Shown here: positions 50,937-62,050 of the stretch, piece by piece | Numbering within the stretch: the first letter of the stretch is position 1 | Layout of the letters: the number at the start of each line of letters is the position of its first letter | Source: a virus | Direction: 5' to 3' (one strand) | IMG/VR virus record: IMGVR_UViG_3300025117_000028 | Location: 126,285-190,284 of that record | DNA: 64,000 bases | Notes under the pieces: generated by a model | What the model was told of the DNA's origin: nothing | Databases searched by the model: none | Seen by the model: only the letters and a program-made list of their open reading frames with translations | Position numbers and translations under genes: made by a program

Positions 50937-52897
50937 AAATAAAAGACGAGTTTCTTCACCCATATTGTAAACAGTGTCGCAAGGAGCGAATAGTTCAAGA
51001 AACTGTCGTTCTAGAAGGCAAGGTTATACATAAAAAAGGAGACTTTGTTATCGACTGTAGTGGCATACCCAAAGATGGGTATGTACTATTTGACGGAAAA
51101 ATAATCTCTGAAGACGATTTAAAAAAAGTTGGACAATTCTCTGAAGACCATATAGATTTAATAAAACAAATTGGCAACCCTGCTCATTGGGCTTACAGAA
51201 ATATCATTAGACCAGATAAGACTCCTTGGGAATCACGAGTGGCTCAAAAAGGAACTGCTTGTGCTGGACTTAAATATCAAGAGATGATGCTCCGTTGTAA
51301 TGCTAATCGTATAGTGTGTAGACTAGGGCGGCGCAGTGGAAAAACGGATGTCCTTGCAATTAAAGCACTTTTTTATGCTTTCACCAATTCTCCCCGAGCA
51401 AGGAGAAAAGATAAGAGCAATGAATGGGCAAGAGGCTTAAGCGAAATAATGGTTTTGTGTCCATACAAAACGCAGGTAGATGAAGTTTTCAAACGAATCC
51501 GAGAATTTATAGAAAATAGTTCTACTTTAATGAATTCTATTGCAAGAGATGTCAAAACTCCAATTCAAGAAATTGTATTTAGTAATGGATCTCGTATTAA
51601 AGGATTCTCTGCCGGATCTAATAGTAATTCTGGTGCGGCATCTTCTCGTGGTCAAGACGTCCATTTCCTTATTATGGACGAAATGGATTATTTAAACCAA
51701 GAAGACGTAGATGCTATTAACCCTGTATTAGGTACTGTTAAAGATGGTTGTCTACTAGGAAGTTCAACTCCCTCGGGCGCGCGTGGGATTCTTTATAACA
51801 AATCTAATGATCCTACTTATAAAGAGTTTCATTTTCCTTCTCATGTTAGCGATACATGGACGCCACAATTAGATCAAGAACATAGAGTTCAATTAACAGA
51901 GAGCGCATATCAGAGAGAAATATTGGCACTTTTTGGAGAATTAGAAGCTGGTGTTTTTCAGCCTAAATATATTGAAAGCGCTCAGGCTCCGTATAATTAT
52001 GCGACTTGTGTCCCTAATAGAAATCTTTTCTACTTTATTGGTGGAGATTGGAACGACGAAAAAAATGGTTCTACTTTCACAGTTGTAGAATTTAATCCTT
52101 TTACTGCAAGTGCTAGAAAAGTACACGAATCTATCATCAGTAAAAAAGACTGGAACCAGTCTGCAGCAGTAAATGAAGTCATTAGGCTAAATACTTTCTG
52201 GAAACCAGAGTTTATATACTTAGACGAAGGTTATGGAGCCTACCAAATAGAAATATTAAAAACTGTTGGTATTGCGGCCTCTAACAATCCAGAACAACAC
52301 AATTTACAAACCGCACGTTTAAAAGACATTATTAAAGCTTATAATTTTTCATCTACTATTGATGTCATAGATCCTTTAACAACAGAAAAGATTAAAAAGC
52401 GCGCCAAACCGTTTCTTATTGAAAATATAGTCCGTTTTTTTGAACAACAAAAATGTTTGATTTCAGATATCGATACAACTCTCATTAAACAAATGGGAAA
52501 TTATATCATTAAACACGTATCATCTACGGGACAACCTATTTATGCTTGTAGAGATGCCAACATAGGCGACCATAGTCTTGACTCTCTAGCCTTGGCTCTA
52601 GTTGGGATTACTCTTGAGAATAGTGACCTTTTGAATATTAGAGTTACGGATACGATGCAATACATGGAAGATCATAATCTATATAAAGACAGAGAAGCAA
52701 CTGGTCAAGGACGCCCAGTAAAAGATGATATTTATAGTCGGCAATCTATAACAAATCAACCTAAAGAAAAACGGATTATTAATCATCCAGACGATTTTAC
52801 AAAAGCTTCTGATGAAAAAGATGAACATGGCAATTTTATTCAGTCATATATTGTAAAAAAACGCAATCAACCTAAGACACGTAGAACTAATTGCTAA
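50933..52897 (+). CDS. terL: Terminase large subunit
   Basis: Walker A GRRSGKT, Walker B LIMDE, STP coupling motif, GGDW, YLDEGYG, DHSLDS nuclease residues. Confidence 0.92.
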   Translation: MKIKDEFLHPYCKQCRKERIVQETVVLEGKVIHKKGDFVIDCSGIPKDGYVLFDGKIISEDDLKKVGQFSEDHIDLIKQIGNPAHWAYRNIIRPDKTPWESRVAQKGTACAGLKYQEMMLRCNANRIVCRLGRRSGKTDVLAIKALFYAFTNSPRARRKDKSNEWARGLSEIMVLCPYKTQVDEVFKRIREFIENSSTLMNSIARDVKTPIQEIVFSNGSRIKGFSAGSNSNSGAASSRGQDVHFLIMDEMDYLNQEDVDAINPVLGTVKDGCLLGSSTPSGARGILYNKSNDPTYKEFHFPSHVSDTWTPQLDQEHRVQLTESAYQREILALFGELEAGVFQPKYIESAQAPYNYATCVPNRNLFYFIGGDWNDEKNGSTFTVVEFNPFTASARKVHESIISKKDWNQSAAVNEVIRLNTFWKPEFIYLDEGYGAYQIEILKTVGIAASNNPEQHNLQTARLKDIIKAYNFSSTIDVIDPLTTEKIKKRAKPFLIENIVRFFEQQKCLISDIDTTLIKQMGNYIIKHVSSTGQPIYACRDANIGDHSLDSLALALVGITLENSDLLNIRVTDTMQYMEDHNLYKDREATGQGRPVKDDIYSRQSITNQPKEKRIINHPDDFTKASDEKDEHGNFIQSYIVKKRNQPKTRRTNC

Positions 52898-54360
52898 TTC
52901 TTCTCAAATATAGTAAAATTAATACTAGTCAATAATCATCTTCTAAATGAGGATTTTATGTTAAATATTTTCGAGCGAAATGTCGTTACTTCTGTTCTTC
53001 AAGAAAAAAGTGAAAATGGAGATTTTGACAATCCTATCGTTTTCAATCCCAATGGAGACTATGGAGATAAAGTAGACAAACAACTTTATCTAACAAATGA
53101 TGATGGTAATAAATACTATGTTAATGTTTTTCTTTCTGCTATCCCTAAAGAATTAGCAAGCAAAGGAAATCCTAGCTATCCTCAAGCTCCTTTTAAAGTC
53201 AAGATCTTAGTTCAAGCAGGAGAACCTACGGAATTAGAATGGGATGCCGTAGAGCCAGGAAACATTGCTTCTGTTGGGTCTATTGGAGCGATCAGCGCAC
53301 CAGATACTAGTGATCATAGTTTTTGGGTGCGGCTTGAAACTCCGGCCAATCTAAGAATCGGAGAAAACCGTAATATACAACTTCAACTTTCATTTGAAGA
53401 GTTCAGTGCATGACAACTAATAAATATATAGATGTTGTTATTATTTCTAGTCGAGGTTCTGCGGCAAAGCAGATATCCCAAGAGGATCGTTATAAACTAG
53501 AAAGGAATTTAGACTTTCAAATCAAACGTAGTGAAGTTTTAACAACTCAAACTATTCTTGATGAAAATACTATCAAAGAAGAAACGGGCGAAGATATTTT
53601 CAATCAAACAATAGAAATGGGAGAAGAGGTTTTAAAAGATTTTGATATCATTCTTAGGGAAATGGAAGATCGCGGCAAAAATCTAACCTATGTGTTTGAT
53701 GAAAATAAAAAACCAGATCTTTCCGTAAGTGTTACTGCAGTATTTGGTTCGAATCTTAGAGATAGAATAACTTTTGAAATGTATAAGAAAGCTATTGAAT
53801 TAAGACAAGAACTCGATCTCCTTTTAGGACAACAACAAATGGATGGGAGTTTAACAGCTTATGCCAGTTGATCCTTTAATTGCGGCTACTACAGCAGGTG
53901 AAGTTTCTAAAGATAGAGATAGTAAAACTTTAACTAAACTTAAAGCTGATACTGACTTTCTTAAAGAAATGATGAACCGAGGTGACTGTACCGAGTGTCA
54001 TAAATCTTTAAACAAAAAGATAGAAGAGATTGAAAATAAATACGAAACTGCTTTTTTAAAGTTTAGTCTAGAAATTACAACCCAATTGCAGGCTATTATA
54101 GGAGCTTTAAATGCTGCTGTTCTAGTTCCTCCTGTTCCTTCAGATGGAGGTGCGGCAAAATTCGTAGCATTAGGTACTGCCTTGAAAACTGTTATAGGAA
54201 AAGTTAATTGGACAAAACAATCTCAACCTGTTCTAGTCGAACCTCCAAAAACGAATCAAGATAAACTCTATACTAATGCTAAAACAGAAAATACAAAATC
54301 TAAAGCAGGACTTGTTGCAGTTGAAAATGCAACAGGTGGAAAAACTGAAGGTACAGTCGT

Positions 54361-56253
54361 ATGATTTCTCCTGCTTTATTAGAGATTCGCGCGCACGCGG
54401 AAAAAATCATAATAGAATACGAAGAGTTTATTCGATCTAAAGTGACAACTAGTCAAGATGCTATAAGTGTAGCTCTTTACCGAAAAACTAAAGATGCCCG
54501 CCATCTCACGTCTTTCCAAAATGATGTAGTTAAATTCTTGCGTGACCCCAATAATCCTTCTGCCTCTTTAAGTCTGTCTCCTGAAATACAAGCACAAGCC
54601 AAAGATAAAGCAACTGGAATATTAGATGTTGCTAAAGATAAAGTTAATAAAGAAATTGAAAAACTTCAAGATGCAGTTAAATCTAATTTAACCCCTGATA
54701 TTGATCTTCCTGGTCAAGATACATGGGATAAAATCATGGACTATGCAAAAGATAGAGGGAACAGTTTAAAGTGGGACAATATTAAAGAGAACTGTATTCC
54801 TTGTCTAGACCGCGATTGGGCCTTGTTCAAAGAACTTGGAGATTGGAAAAAACTAGGAAAAGATCTAGTCAAAGCAATGTTGGCTCCGTTCTTAAAATGG
54901 TATGAAGACATGAAGGCAATGATCCAGAAATTAAAGTCATTGCTAAATAATGATTTTTGGAAATTTAATATCTGTCGTTTATTGGAATTATTAAAAGACC
55001 TTTTTATGGGGCATTTTAATTGTATTCCAGATTTTATGGCGATTTTAGCCGCCTTATCTTTTCTTATGTTTCAATTGGCAAATAGCCTAAACATAGGAAT
55101 GGCTTCATTAGGAATGGCGTTACTCTCTACTTTGCTTGCTCCTTTATTCTTCAAAATATCTGCTTGGCTAAAATCTATTCTAGATAAATTAACTGCTCCC
55201 CTCGAATGCATTATCAATTCTATCGACCTCCAACTCTCTAAACTGCCAGAATTTAAACTTAAGTCTTTAGATGTAATGTTTAAAGGGACTCCAGAAACAG
55301 CTTCGAGAGAAGCTGAAGTAATTACGGCCGGTAGTGTAACTATGGCTCAACGTACAAGTGCTGATGGACAAATACGAAGAGCAGAACAAGATATGAGAGA
55401 GAAGCAAGCTAGGGATTTAGCTGAAAAAGCTAAAAATAATCCTGCTCCTCCAGAACCTAAAGAGGATTATTCAAACTGGGAAAAGAAAAGTGAAGCGGCA
55501 TTTCACCAAAAATTGATTGACCGGATCAATATGCCACAAAGAGCGGAAAACCTAACTCAAACAAATAAAGCCGCGACCCAAAGAATGGTAGATGACTGGG
55601 CAGTATTAAGTGAAACATCTATGGATAATGTTGCTTCCATATTATGGGTAGTCCGAGACGCAATTAAAACTTCCAAAGAATCAATCGTAACTTACGTGGC
55701 AAGTCTAGAAAGAATGTTGGCCGATATCCAATCTTCTCTTAAATCTCAGTTAGAAGAAGATTATAAAATTCTAACAACTATCCAAAGAATTATTAGTCTC
55801 ATTACCCTTCTTAAGACCCTCAAGGAAATATGGGACAAAGGACTAAAATTTTGTGATAAAGATAAATCAGATATTAGCAATGAAGAGATCGCCAATGAAT
55901 TAGTAAAAAAGGGATATTTTATAGAAGGAGGAACTAGCAACAGAAATAATCCTATTTCAGTAGAAGAACTTTATAGTCCAGAATCTAAAATCAATTGGAC
56001 TCCTATTGATAATTCTTCTTCTCCTGAGGAATTTTCTCCTCCCACTGAAGAAGAAATAAGAGACGGATTGGCCACCGATGGTCAGATAGATTTAACAACA
56101 GGATTAAAATTAAAAGTTGTGACTAATCCTTCAGGATTTAGTTCTTATCAGTTAGTCGTTAATCCAAAGACTTTTAAATGTACCGGCTCTCTAAGTAAAT
56201 CTGAGTTTGCCGAGTTGAGACAAATGATGAGTGAATTACAAGGTGTAAAATGA
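54361..56253 (+). CDS. Hypothetical virion-associated helical protein with hydrophobic segment
   Basis: 630 aa between TerL and portal. Confidence 0.4.
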   Translation: MISPALLEIRAHAEKIIIEYEEFIRSKVTTSQDAISVALYRKTKDARHLTSFQNDVVKFLRDPNNPSASLSLSPEIQAQAKDKATGILDVAKDKVNKEIEKLQDAVKSNLTPDIDLPGQDTWDKIMDYAKDRGNSLKWDNIKENCIPCLDRDWALFKELGDWKKLGKDLVKAMLAPFLKWYEDMKAMIQKLKSLLNNDFWKFNICRLLELLKDLFMGHFNCIPDFMAILAALSFLMFQLANSLNIGMASLGMALLSTLLAPLFFKISAWLKSILDKLTAPLECIINSIDLQLSKLPEFKLKSLDVMFKGTPETASREAEVITAGSVTMAQRTSADGQIRRAEQDMREKQARDLAEKAKNNPAPPEPKEDYSNWEKKSEAAFHQKLIDRINMPQRAENLTQTNKAATQRMVDDWAVLSETSMDNVASILWVVRDAIKTSKESIVTYVASLERMLADIQSSLKSQLEEDYKILTTIQRIISLITLLKTLKEIWDKGLKFCDKDKSDISNEEIANELVKKGYFIEGGTSNRNNPISVEELYSPESKINWTPIDNSSSPEEFSPPTEEEIRDGLATDGQIDLTTGLKLKVVTNPSGFSSYQLVVNPKTFKCTGSLSKSEFAELRQMMSELQGVK

Positions 56254-58268
56254 TAGAGCCTATTACCAAGTTATATTTAAACAAGTATTCTCTGTTAGAT
56301 GCGCCTGCTGCTGTTTATACTGTAAGGACTATTGCTGACCTCAAACCTGAACGTAAAAAGGTTGAAGGATTTATTGAAAATTCTGATATGTTCAGAAGTC
56401 CAGAATATAATTTTGCAGAAAATGGAAAGGCCGCAGATGTTGAAAGTCTAGTTAAACGATCTATAGAACTTAAACATACCTTGATGTTTAAGGAAGGGTA
56501 TGTATTAGTCGGTTCAAATGCAGATCGAGTCGATTATATTAGAGAGCGTTTTCGTCAGTTGGGTGTTGCTCAACAACAACCAATGGACTTATTAATTCGA
56601 GAATTAGCGCGCTCTTTTTTCAGAAATAGTAACGCTTTTGCATTAAAAGTTCGTAACGCAAAAAATTCTGGTGGCAAAGTCAGAAAAGCTAATGGAAAAG
56701 ATATTCAACCGATTTCTGCTCTTTTCGAAATTCCTTCTGAAACAATTTGTTATAAGAAGAAGAATAATCAAGTAGTAGCCTGGGGTCAAGACCCTCGGAC
56801 ATTAGATGGTTCTGATCAAGTATTATGGTCTACTTATACAGTCAGCAATAGAGACTCAGGTGTATGGGGTCCAGGTGACGTTCTACATTTCTATAGAAGT
56901 CGCAAAGCAGGGTTTGTTCTTGGAACTCCTGATTTAGTCCCTATCCTTGACGATATTCGTGCTCTCAGGCGTATAGAACAAAATGTTGAATTATTAATTT
57001 ATCAACACATTTATCCTTTATATCATTATCGGATTGGTACCGATGGAATGCCAGCGCGAGAAAATAAAGGAACAGATGGATATGATGAAATTGAGCGCGC
57101 AAAAGTTAAGATAGAAGATATTCCACCTGAAGGAATGTTTATTACCTCTCATCGACATGAAATAAGAGCTATTGGAGCAGAAGGAAAAGCGTTAGAAGTC
57201 CAAGAATACTTACAGTATTTCCTTAAGCGCGTAATTATAGGGTTAGGAATATCTGAGGTAGACCTCGGTCTTGGAGATTCGGCAAATAGATCTACAGCGG
57301 AAAATATTTCTAAGAATTTAGTTGACCTTGTAAAAGGTGTCCAGCGTGAATTCGAGATATTCATGAATGAGAATTTTATCTACGAGCTTCTATTGGAAGG
57401 TGGGTTCTCTGATCCTCTTTCAAAAGATAATATAGTGCATTTTCGTTTTAATGAAATCGATATAGACAAAAAGATTAAATTAGAAAATCACGAAATGACA
57501 CTTTATCAAGGCGGTTTGACAACTCAGGACGAAGCACGAGTGCAATTAGGTAGAGATGTATTGAATGAAAGACAGCAAAAAGAAACATTCGTTTATTTAG
57601 TCGAGATTCCTAAATTAAAGGTAAAACTAGAAACAAATGTAAATAAGACAGAAGGTGCAAGCAAAATGGCAACTTCTAGAGCAAAGCCTAGAAATCAACA
57701 TACAGATTTTATGGATAGTGCCACAGATTCAGTAATATCAGAGTTAGTAAAAGAACTTAAAGATATGTCAAATTATTCATCTTCTAAAGATTGGAAGAGA
57801 ATAATTATTGAAATGGCTGCCAGCAATTTAGCTGATATTTATCATGAGAATGTCTTGCTGACATTCAAAAATAACCTTAGACATCATGATCTAAAAAAAT
57901 CAGAAGTTCAATCTATGATAGGTATTGCGCAAAAAGAGATGGATAAAATCGTCTTGAGTTCTTTAGAATATTTCGCGACTAAATTGAGAAAAAAATTAGA
58001 AACAAATACTTTAATAGATTCTATTGATAGTCTTGATTATATGATTAAATTCCTTAATAATACTGTTCCTGCACAAACAAAAAATTATATAGTAGTCTTA
58101 GATCAGAGATTATTAGGTAAAGATTATGTTAAAATAGTAGCTTCGGATGGATGTCAAACTTGTCTAGATTATAAAGACAAGTTATTATATATAAAGAATG
58201 GGGTTAGTGTAACCGACATCCCTCCATGGCATTTTAATTGTAAATGTGAAATTACACCAGTAGGTTAA
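56250..58268 (+). CDS. Portal protein with C-terminal Mu gpF-like head-morphogenesis motif
   Basis: GDVLHF, GTPDL.P, ANRSTA, T.DEAR..LG portal motifs; C-terminal C..C...IPPWHFNCKC. Confidence 0.82.
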   Translation: MIEPITKLYLNKYSLLDAPAAVYTVRTIADLKPERKKVEGFIENSDMFRSPEYNFAENGKAADVESLVKRSIELKHTLMFKEGYVLVGSNADRVDYIRERFRQLGVAQQQPMDLLIRELARSFFRNSNAFALKVRNAKNSGGKVRKANGKDIQPISALFEIPSETICYKKKNNQVVAWGQDPRTLDGSDQVLWSTYTVSNRDSGVWGPGDVLHFYRSRKAGFVLGTPDLVPILDDIRALRRIEQNVELLIYQHIYPLYHYRIGTDGMPARENKGTDGYDEIERAKVKIEDIPPEGMFITSHRHEIRAIGAEGKALEVQEYLQYFLKRVIIGLGISEVDLGLGDSANRSTAENISKNLVDLVKGVQREFEIFMNENFIYELLLEGGFSDPLSKDNIVHFRFNEIDIDKKIKLENHEMTLYQGGLTTQDEARVQLGRDVLNERQQKETFVYLVEIPKLKVKLETNVNKTEGASKMATSRAKPRNQHTDFMDSATDSVISELVKELKDMSNYSSSKDWKRIIIEMAASNLADIYHENVLLTFKNNLRHHDLKKSEVQSMIGIAQKEMDKIVLSSLEYFATKLRKKLETNTLIDSIDSLDYMIKFLNNTVPAQTKNYIVVLDQRLLGKDYVKIVASDGCQTCLDYKDKLLYIKNGVSVTDIPPWHFNCKCEITPVG

Positions 58269-58269
58269 A

Positions 58270-60519
58270 ATGGAAAAATATTTAGAGCTTTTTGATAGGG
58301 TGCTTTTAAAACCTATCTCTAATTTAGAACCGCATAAACGATTCTTCTTTGAAACTAAAGATGCCACCTCTGAAACCGGCCACTCATTGATCGTTGAAAT
58401 GGCAGCTACGTTTGCCGGGGTGGTAACTTGGCATAATGCTTTATATCTGCCAAGTAGAATGCGCAATTCTGTTTATACAATGCTCCCTAATGCAAAAAGA
58501 GATTATTGTATTCCTATCCTAGTTGGACATGACGATTCTAAAGATCCAATTGGAAGAATCATATCTGCTGAATATATAGATACGACTAAAGGGTTAGGTA
58601 TTACAGATTCAGTTATAGAAGCAATTAATTATGGATCTCTCAGTGGAAAATCCTTACAAAAAGCCGTTAATCATTTTAGTAAAAATTATCTGACACAAGA
58701 CAATTGGCGTGGAATGGGCTTTATTTTAGTCAAAGCCAAGATCACCGATCCCGATGCCATCCGAAAAATACTAGATGAACGTTATTTGCCAGTCTCTTCT
58801 TCACAAAGGACTAACCAAGCTATTTGTTCTATTTGCTTTCAAGATTGGTTGGACGAAGACGGAATTTGTGAACACAAGCCCGGATCGGTTTATGATGGTA
58901 AAAAAGCCTTCTTAATTGCTGGTGATTTTTTCTACAATGAAATATCTTGCGTAAATCAAGGAGCCAATCCATTCGCTAAAATTATTGGCGTCTCTAAAGA
59001 TGAAATGCTGGTTGATTCTGTTAAAGAAACACCAATGCTTGAATATTCCTTTAAAGCTTTCCGCCAAAAAGGTAGTGATTTATTAGAATTGAATGATAGT
59101 CTTATATTAGGAGATAAACAGGAGGATTTGATGAACTTACAAGACAAAGTGCGCTCTCTCTATATAACCTTATACGGAGAAGATTATTCTTCTATCTCTG
59201 CTAATATAGAGAAGCCCGAAGATAAAGATCCGGGTGCAATATTGCAGGCTTTAATTAAGTTATTAGAAGTTGAAATGTCATCGATGGAAGAAAAAGATTT
59301 CTTAAAACTTCCTGAAGATAAGATGACTGAATTACTGAAGACAACCGTAGAAAAAATGACAACTCCTAAAGCTGAAGTAAAAGATGAAACTCCTAAGCTT
59401 TTAGTTGATGGAGAAAATGCCACCCAAATTATAGAGGATGTTTTAGCTGAATTTTATCCCACCAAAGACGAAGAAAAAGAATGTAAAGAATATTTAAATG
59501 CCCTTCCTCAAAAAGATGGAGTCGAAATTGCAGATCTTATTCTTACTTCGATAGAAGACTTTTTTATAAAGAAATATGGCGAAACTGATATTATGGACTT
59601 GACAGATCCAGAAAAAGGTTGGGATGTCTTTAAAAAAGAACTGATTCAGGCAGGATTATTCGATAGTTTAAAAGACAAGGATCTATATTCTGAAGACGCA
59701 AAGTTATCAGCCGAACAACGTAAGAAGTTGAATTCAAAGAGCTTCTGTGGTCCCAATAGAAGTTTCCCATGCTCTGACTGTCAGCATATCGTTGCGGCCA
59801 GACGTCTAATTGGGAGATATAAAGGTCCTGGCTCTAAAGAAGCAATTTTAGCCTGTGTTAATAGAAAAGCCAAACAAATGGGTTGTGATAAGAGTGAAGA
59901 TAAGGTTATAATTCCGAAAGAAGAAACCAAACAGGATACTATGCCAATTTTAACCCAGGAACAGAAAATGATTCTGATTGACTCCCTCAAGACCGAAGGT
60001 TTAATTAAAGCAAATGAACCCTGTCAGGAATGTTTAACTTTACAACAACATATAAAAGTGTTAAATTATTTACATGATAGCCTCGGAATGGAACTAGAAG
60101 AATTAAACAAAGAAAACAAGACCCTCCTTGTTGATTCGTTAATTCAACTAAAGGCTATTGCAGAAGGTCCTGAATCGGTAAAAGATCAGGTGGAACTTAT
60201 GAAAACTTTTGAAGAACGTACAATGGAATCCTTAAAAGACAGTATTAACGATTTGAGAAAAAAGGTTTCTGTTAATGAAATTCAGAAAAAGCTGAACCAA
60301 GAAACTCCTCCTGAAATTAAACCCGAAGATTCTCCTATTAAAGATACTGTTCCCTCAGTACCTAAAGTAGAAGATAAACAGGAAATAAAAGACGACGGTG
60401 ATAGTGAAGCACAGGAAGCGTTAAAGAAATATAAGCGCTTACAGAAGACCAATTCTATCAAAGCAGATAGGTTCCATCAGCTAATGGTAGAAAAGGGTAT
60501 TTTTAAATCAAAAAACTAA
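58270..60519 (+). CDS. Prohead protease fused to scaffold, with DUF6582-like insert
   Basis: PILVGHD..DPIGRI, AIRKILDERY..VS, EISCVN.GA; LSAEQRKKL...GPNRSFP..D..H..AA; acidic coiled-coil tail. Confidence 0.8.
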   Translation: MEKYLELFDRVLLKPISNLEPHKRFFFETKDATSETGHSLIVEMAATFAGVVTWHNALYLPSRMRNSVYTMLPNAKRDYCIPILVGHDDSKDPIGRIISAEYIDTTKGLGITDSVIEAINYGSLSGKSLQKAVNHFSKNYLTQDNWRGMGFILVKAKITDPDAIRKILDERYLPVSSSQRTNQAICSICFQDWLDEDGICEHKPGSVYDGKKAFLIAGDFFYNEISCVNQGANPFAKIIGVSKDEMLVDSVKETPMLEYSFKAFRQKGSDLLELNDSLILGDKQEDLMNLQDKVRSLYITLYGEDYSSISANIEKPEDKDPGAILQALIKLLEVEMSSMEEKDFLKLPEDKMTELLKTTVEKMTTPKAEVKDETPKLLVDGENATQIIEDVLAEFYPTKDEEKECKEYLNALPQKDGVEIADLILTSIEDFFIKKYGETDIMDLTDPEKGWDVFKKELIQAGLFDSLKDKDLYSEDAKLSAEQRKKLNSKSFCGPNRSFPCSDCQHIVAARRLIGRYKGPGSKEAILACVNRKAKQMGCDKSEDKVIIPKEETKQDTMPILTQEQKMILIDSLKTEGLIKANEPCQECLTLQQHIKVLNYLHDSLGMELEELNKENKTLLVDSLIQLKAIAEGPESVKDQVELMKTFEERTMESLKDSINDLRKKVSVNEIQKKLNQETPPEIKPEDSPIKDTVPSVPKVEDKQEIKDDGDSEAQEALKKYKRLQKTNSIKADRFHQLMVEKGIFKSKN

Positions 60520-60532
60520 TAGGAGTTAACTA

Positions 60533-62038
60533 ATGACTATTCAACGCCAATATTCTGGCATGATTAATAGTGCCAATGGTTATAATACCTATTCAGCTCG
60601 CTTTAAAGGGTGGAGAGAAACTACTCCTATCACTCCTAATATTGAGTTGAATGAAGGTATTCGTCCAGATTCTTTCGTGCCCGCTCCTTACCTTAAAGTC
60701 GTTCGTTATGACGACTATACTAGGAGTTGGGTTGTAATTGGAGCCGGTAAACCGGTTTGTACAGATTCTAACAGTTTCTTAGTTCCCGCAGGTCTTCGTC
60801 GTCAAGCTCAAATGCTTTTAGATATGAGTATTGCTGGCTTGACTTTCAGCGGTGGCGCTCTCACTGGTAATACTCTCGATTTCTCGGTTGATTATGCGGG
60901 CGCAACTCTAGACCGTTATGGTGCTGATGATACTACTACTGGAATGTTAAACTCTCGTGGGGTTGTCGTTACTACCAATGAACCGGTCATTTATTCATTG
61001 TTTACTGCAGCTGCTTACTCGGCAACACCATTAGACATTCATGCTATTGCTAATCCGTTCTCTTCGTGCCTTGGTATCGTACCTTACGATGTTAAGCAAG
61101 CCGCAGGTAGGACTAGCTCATATAATTCTTACAATCCTGCTACTTATCAATACCATAACTTAATTGAGCAAACTGCTGCTGTAGTTCTCTGTGATTACGT
61201 GATTCAACTTCCAGTTGAACCTTATAACCGTGCTCAGGCTTCATTCTGTGCATTACCCGCAGCTACTAGTGATGCTGATGTCACTTTAGATATTAGTGCT
61301 ATTGGTGCTGTAGATGTCTCTATCAGCGGTTCTTTGACTGGTTATACTACTACTATTCAGTCTAGTTTTGTTGTCACCAAGAACGGAGTCCGTTTACAAG
61401 ATAAGGGGTCTGCTTTAGTCGCCGGAGACGAAGATATTTATTACTATTGGACTGACGCTTCTCCTGACAAAGTTTTCTTCCTCGGAAACGCTGCTGATAC
61501 CTTCTTGGTCGATTTCATTTATCAAGTAAGTGCTACCTATAGTCAACCATATGCTGGCCTTACTACTTTCCGTGGGACTCCTACTGTCGGTGGAATGGTC
61601 ACTTATGATACTACTGGCAACTTTATTATGGATCCAGATTGGAGTTTTACAGCCGCCACTGATCTCGTATATGACGGTCATCATGGTTTTGTCACGGCAA
61701 CAAGTGCATTAGATGCCGGTATAGTAAGTGGAGCTTCTTTAGAAGAGTCTCTTGGAGCTGACTTTGTTCTGTTTGGAAATAGACTCAAAGCTAAATCAGC
61801 GGAAGTTTTAGGTCAGATTCTTCGCTATGACGTAGACTTCCCCAAAGATTATCTTGATCGTGTTCGTACCGCTTTCGATCCTAATGTTAATGGTGTCGTA
61901 ATTGATCCGTCAACTGGGGCCGAACGTACTGTTGATCGTATGCCCGGTAGTGCAACTGGTGGTCTACCTGCTAACGTGTATTTAGCTGGTGGCGATGCCG
62001 ATACCGGAGTCGTTCATATTAACCTCATAACCCGCTAA
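60533..62038 (+). CDS. Head decoration/minor capsid protein
   Basis: Between protease and MCP, Thr/Ala/Gly-rich, strong RBS. Confidence 0.5.
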   Translation: MTIQRQYSGMINSANGYNTYSARFKGWRETTPITPNIELNEGIRPDSFVPAPYLKVVRYDDYTRSWVVIGAGKPVCTDSNSFLVPAGLRRQAQMLLDMSIAGLTFSGGALTGNTLDFSVDYAGATLDRYGADDTTTGMLNSRGVVVTTNEPVIYSLFTAAAYSATPLDIHAIANPFSSCLGIVPYDVKQAAGRTSSYNSYNPATYQYHNLIEQTAAVVLCDYVIQLPVEPYNRAQASFCALPAATSDADVTLDISAIGAVDVSISGSLTGYTTTIQSSFVVTKNGVRLQDKGSALVAGDEDIYYYWTDASPDKVFFLGNAADTFLVDFIYQVSATYSQPYAGLTTFRGTPTVGGMVTYDTTGNFIMDPDWSFTAATDLVYDGHHGFVTATSALDAGIVSGASLEESLGADFVLFGNRLKAKSAEVLGQILRYDVDFPKDYLDRVRTAFDPNVNGVVIDPSTGAERTVDRMPGSATGGLPANVYLAGGDADTGVVHINLITR

Positions 62039-62050
62039 TAGGAGGAGTAA

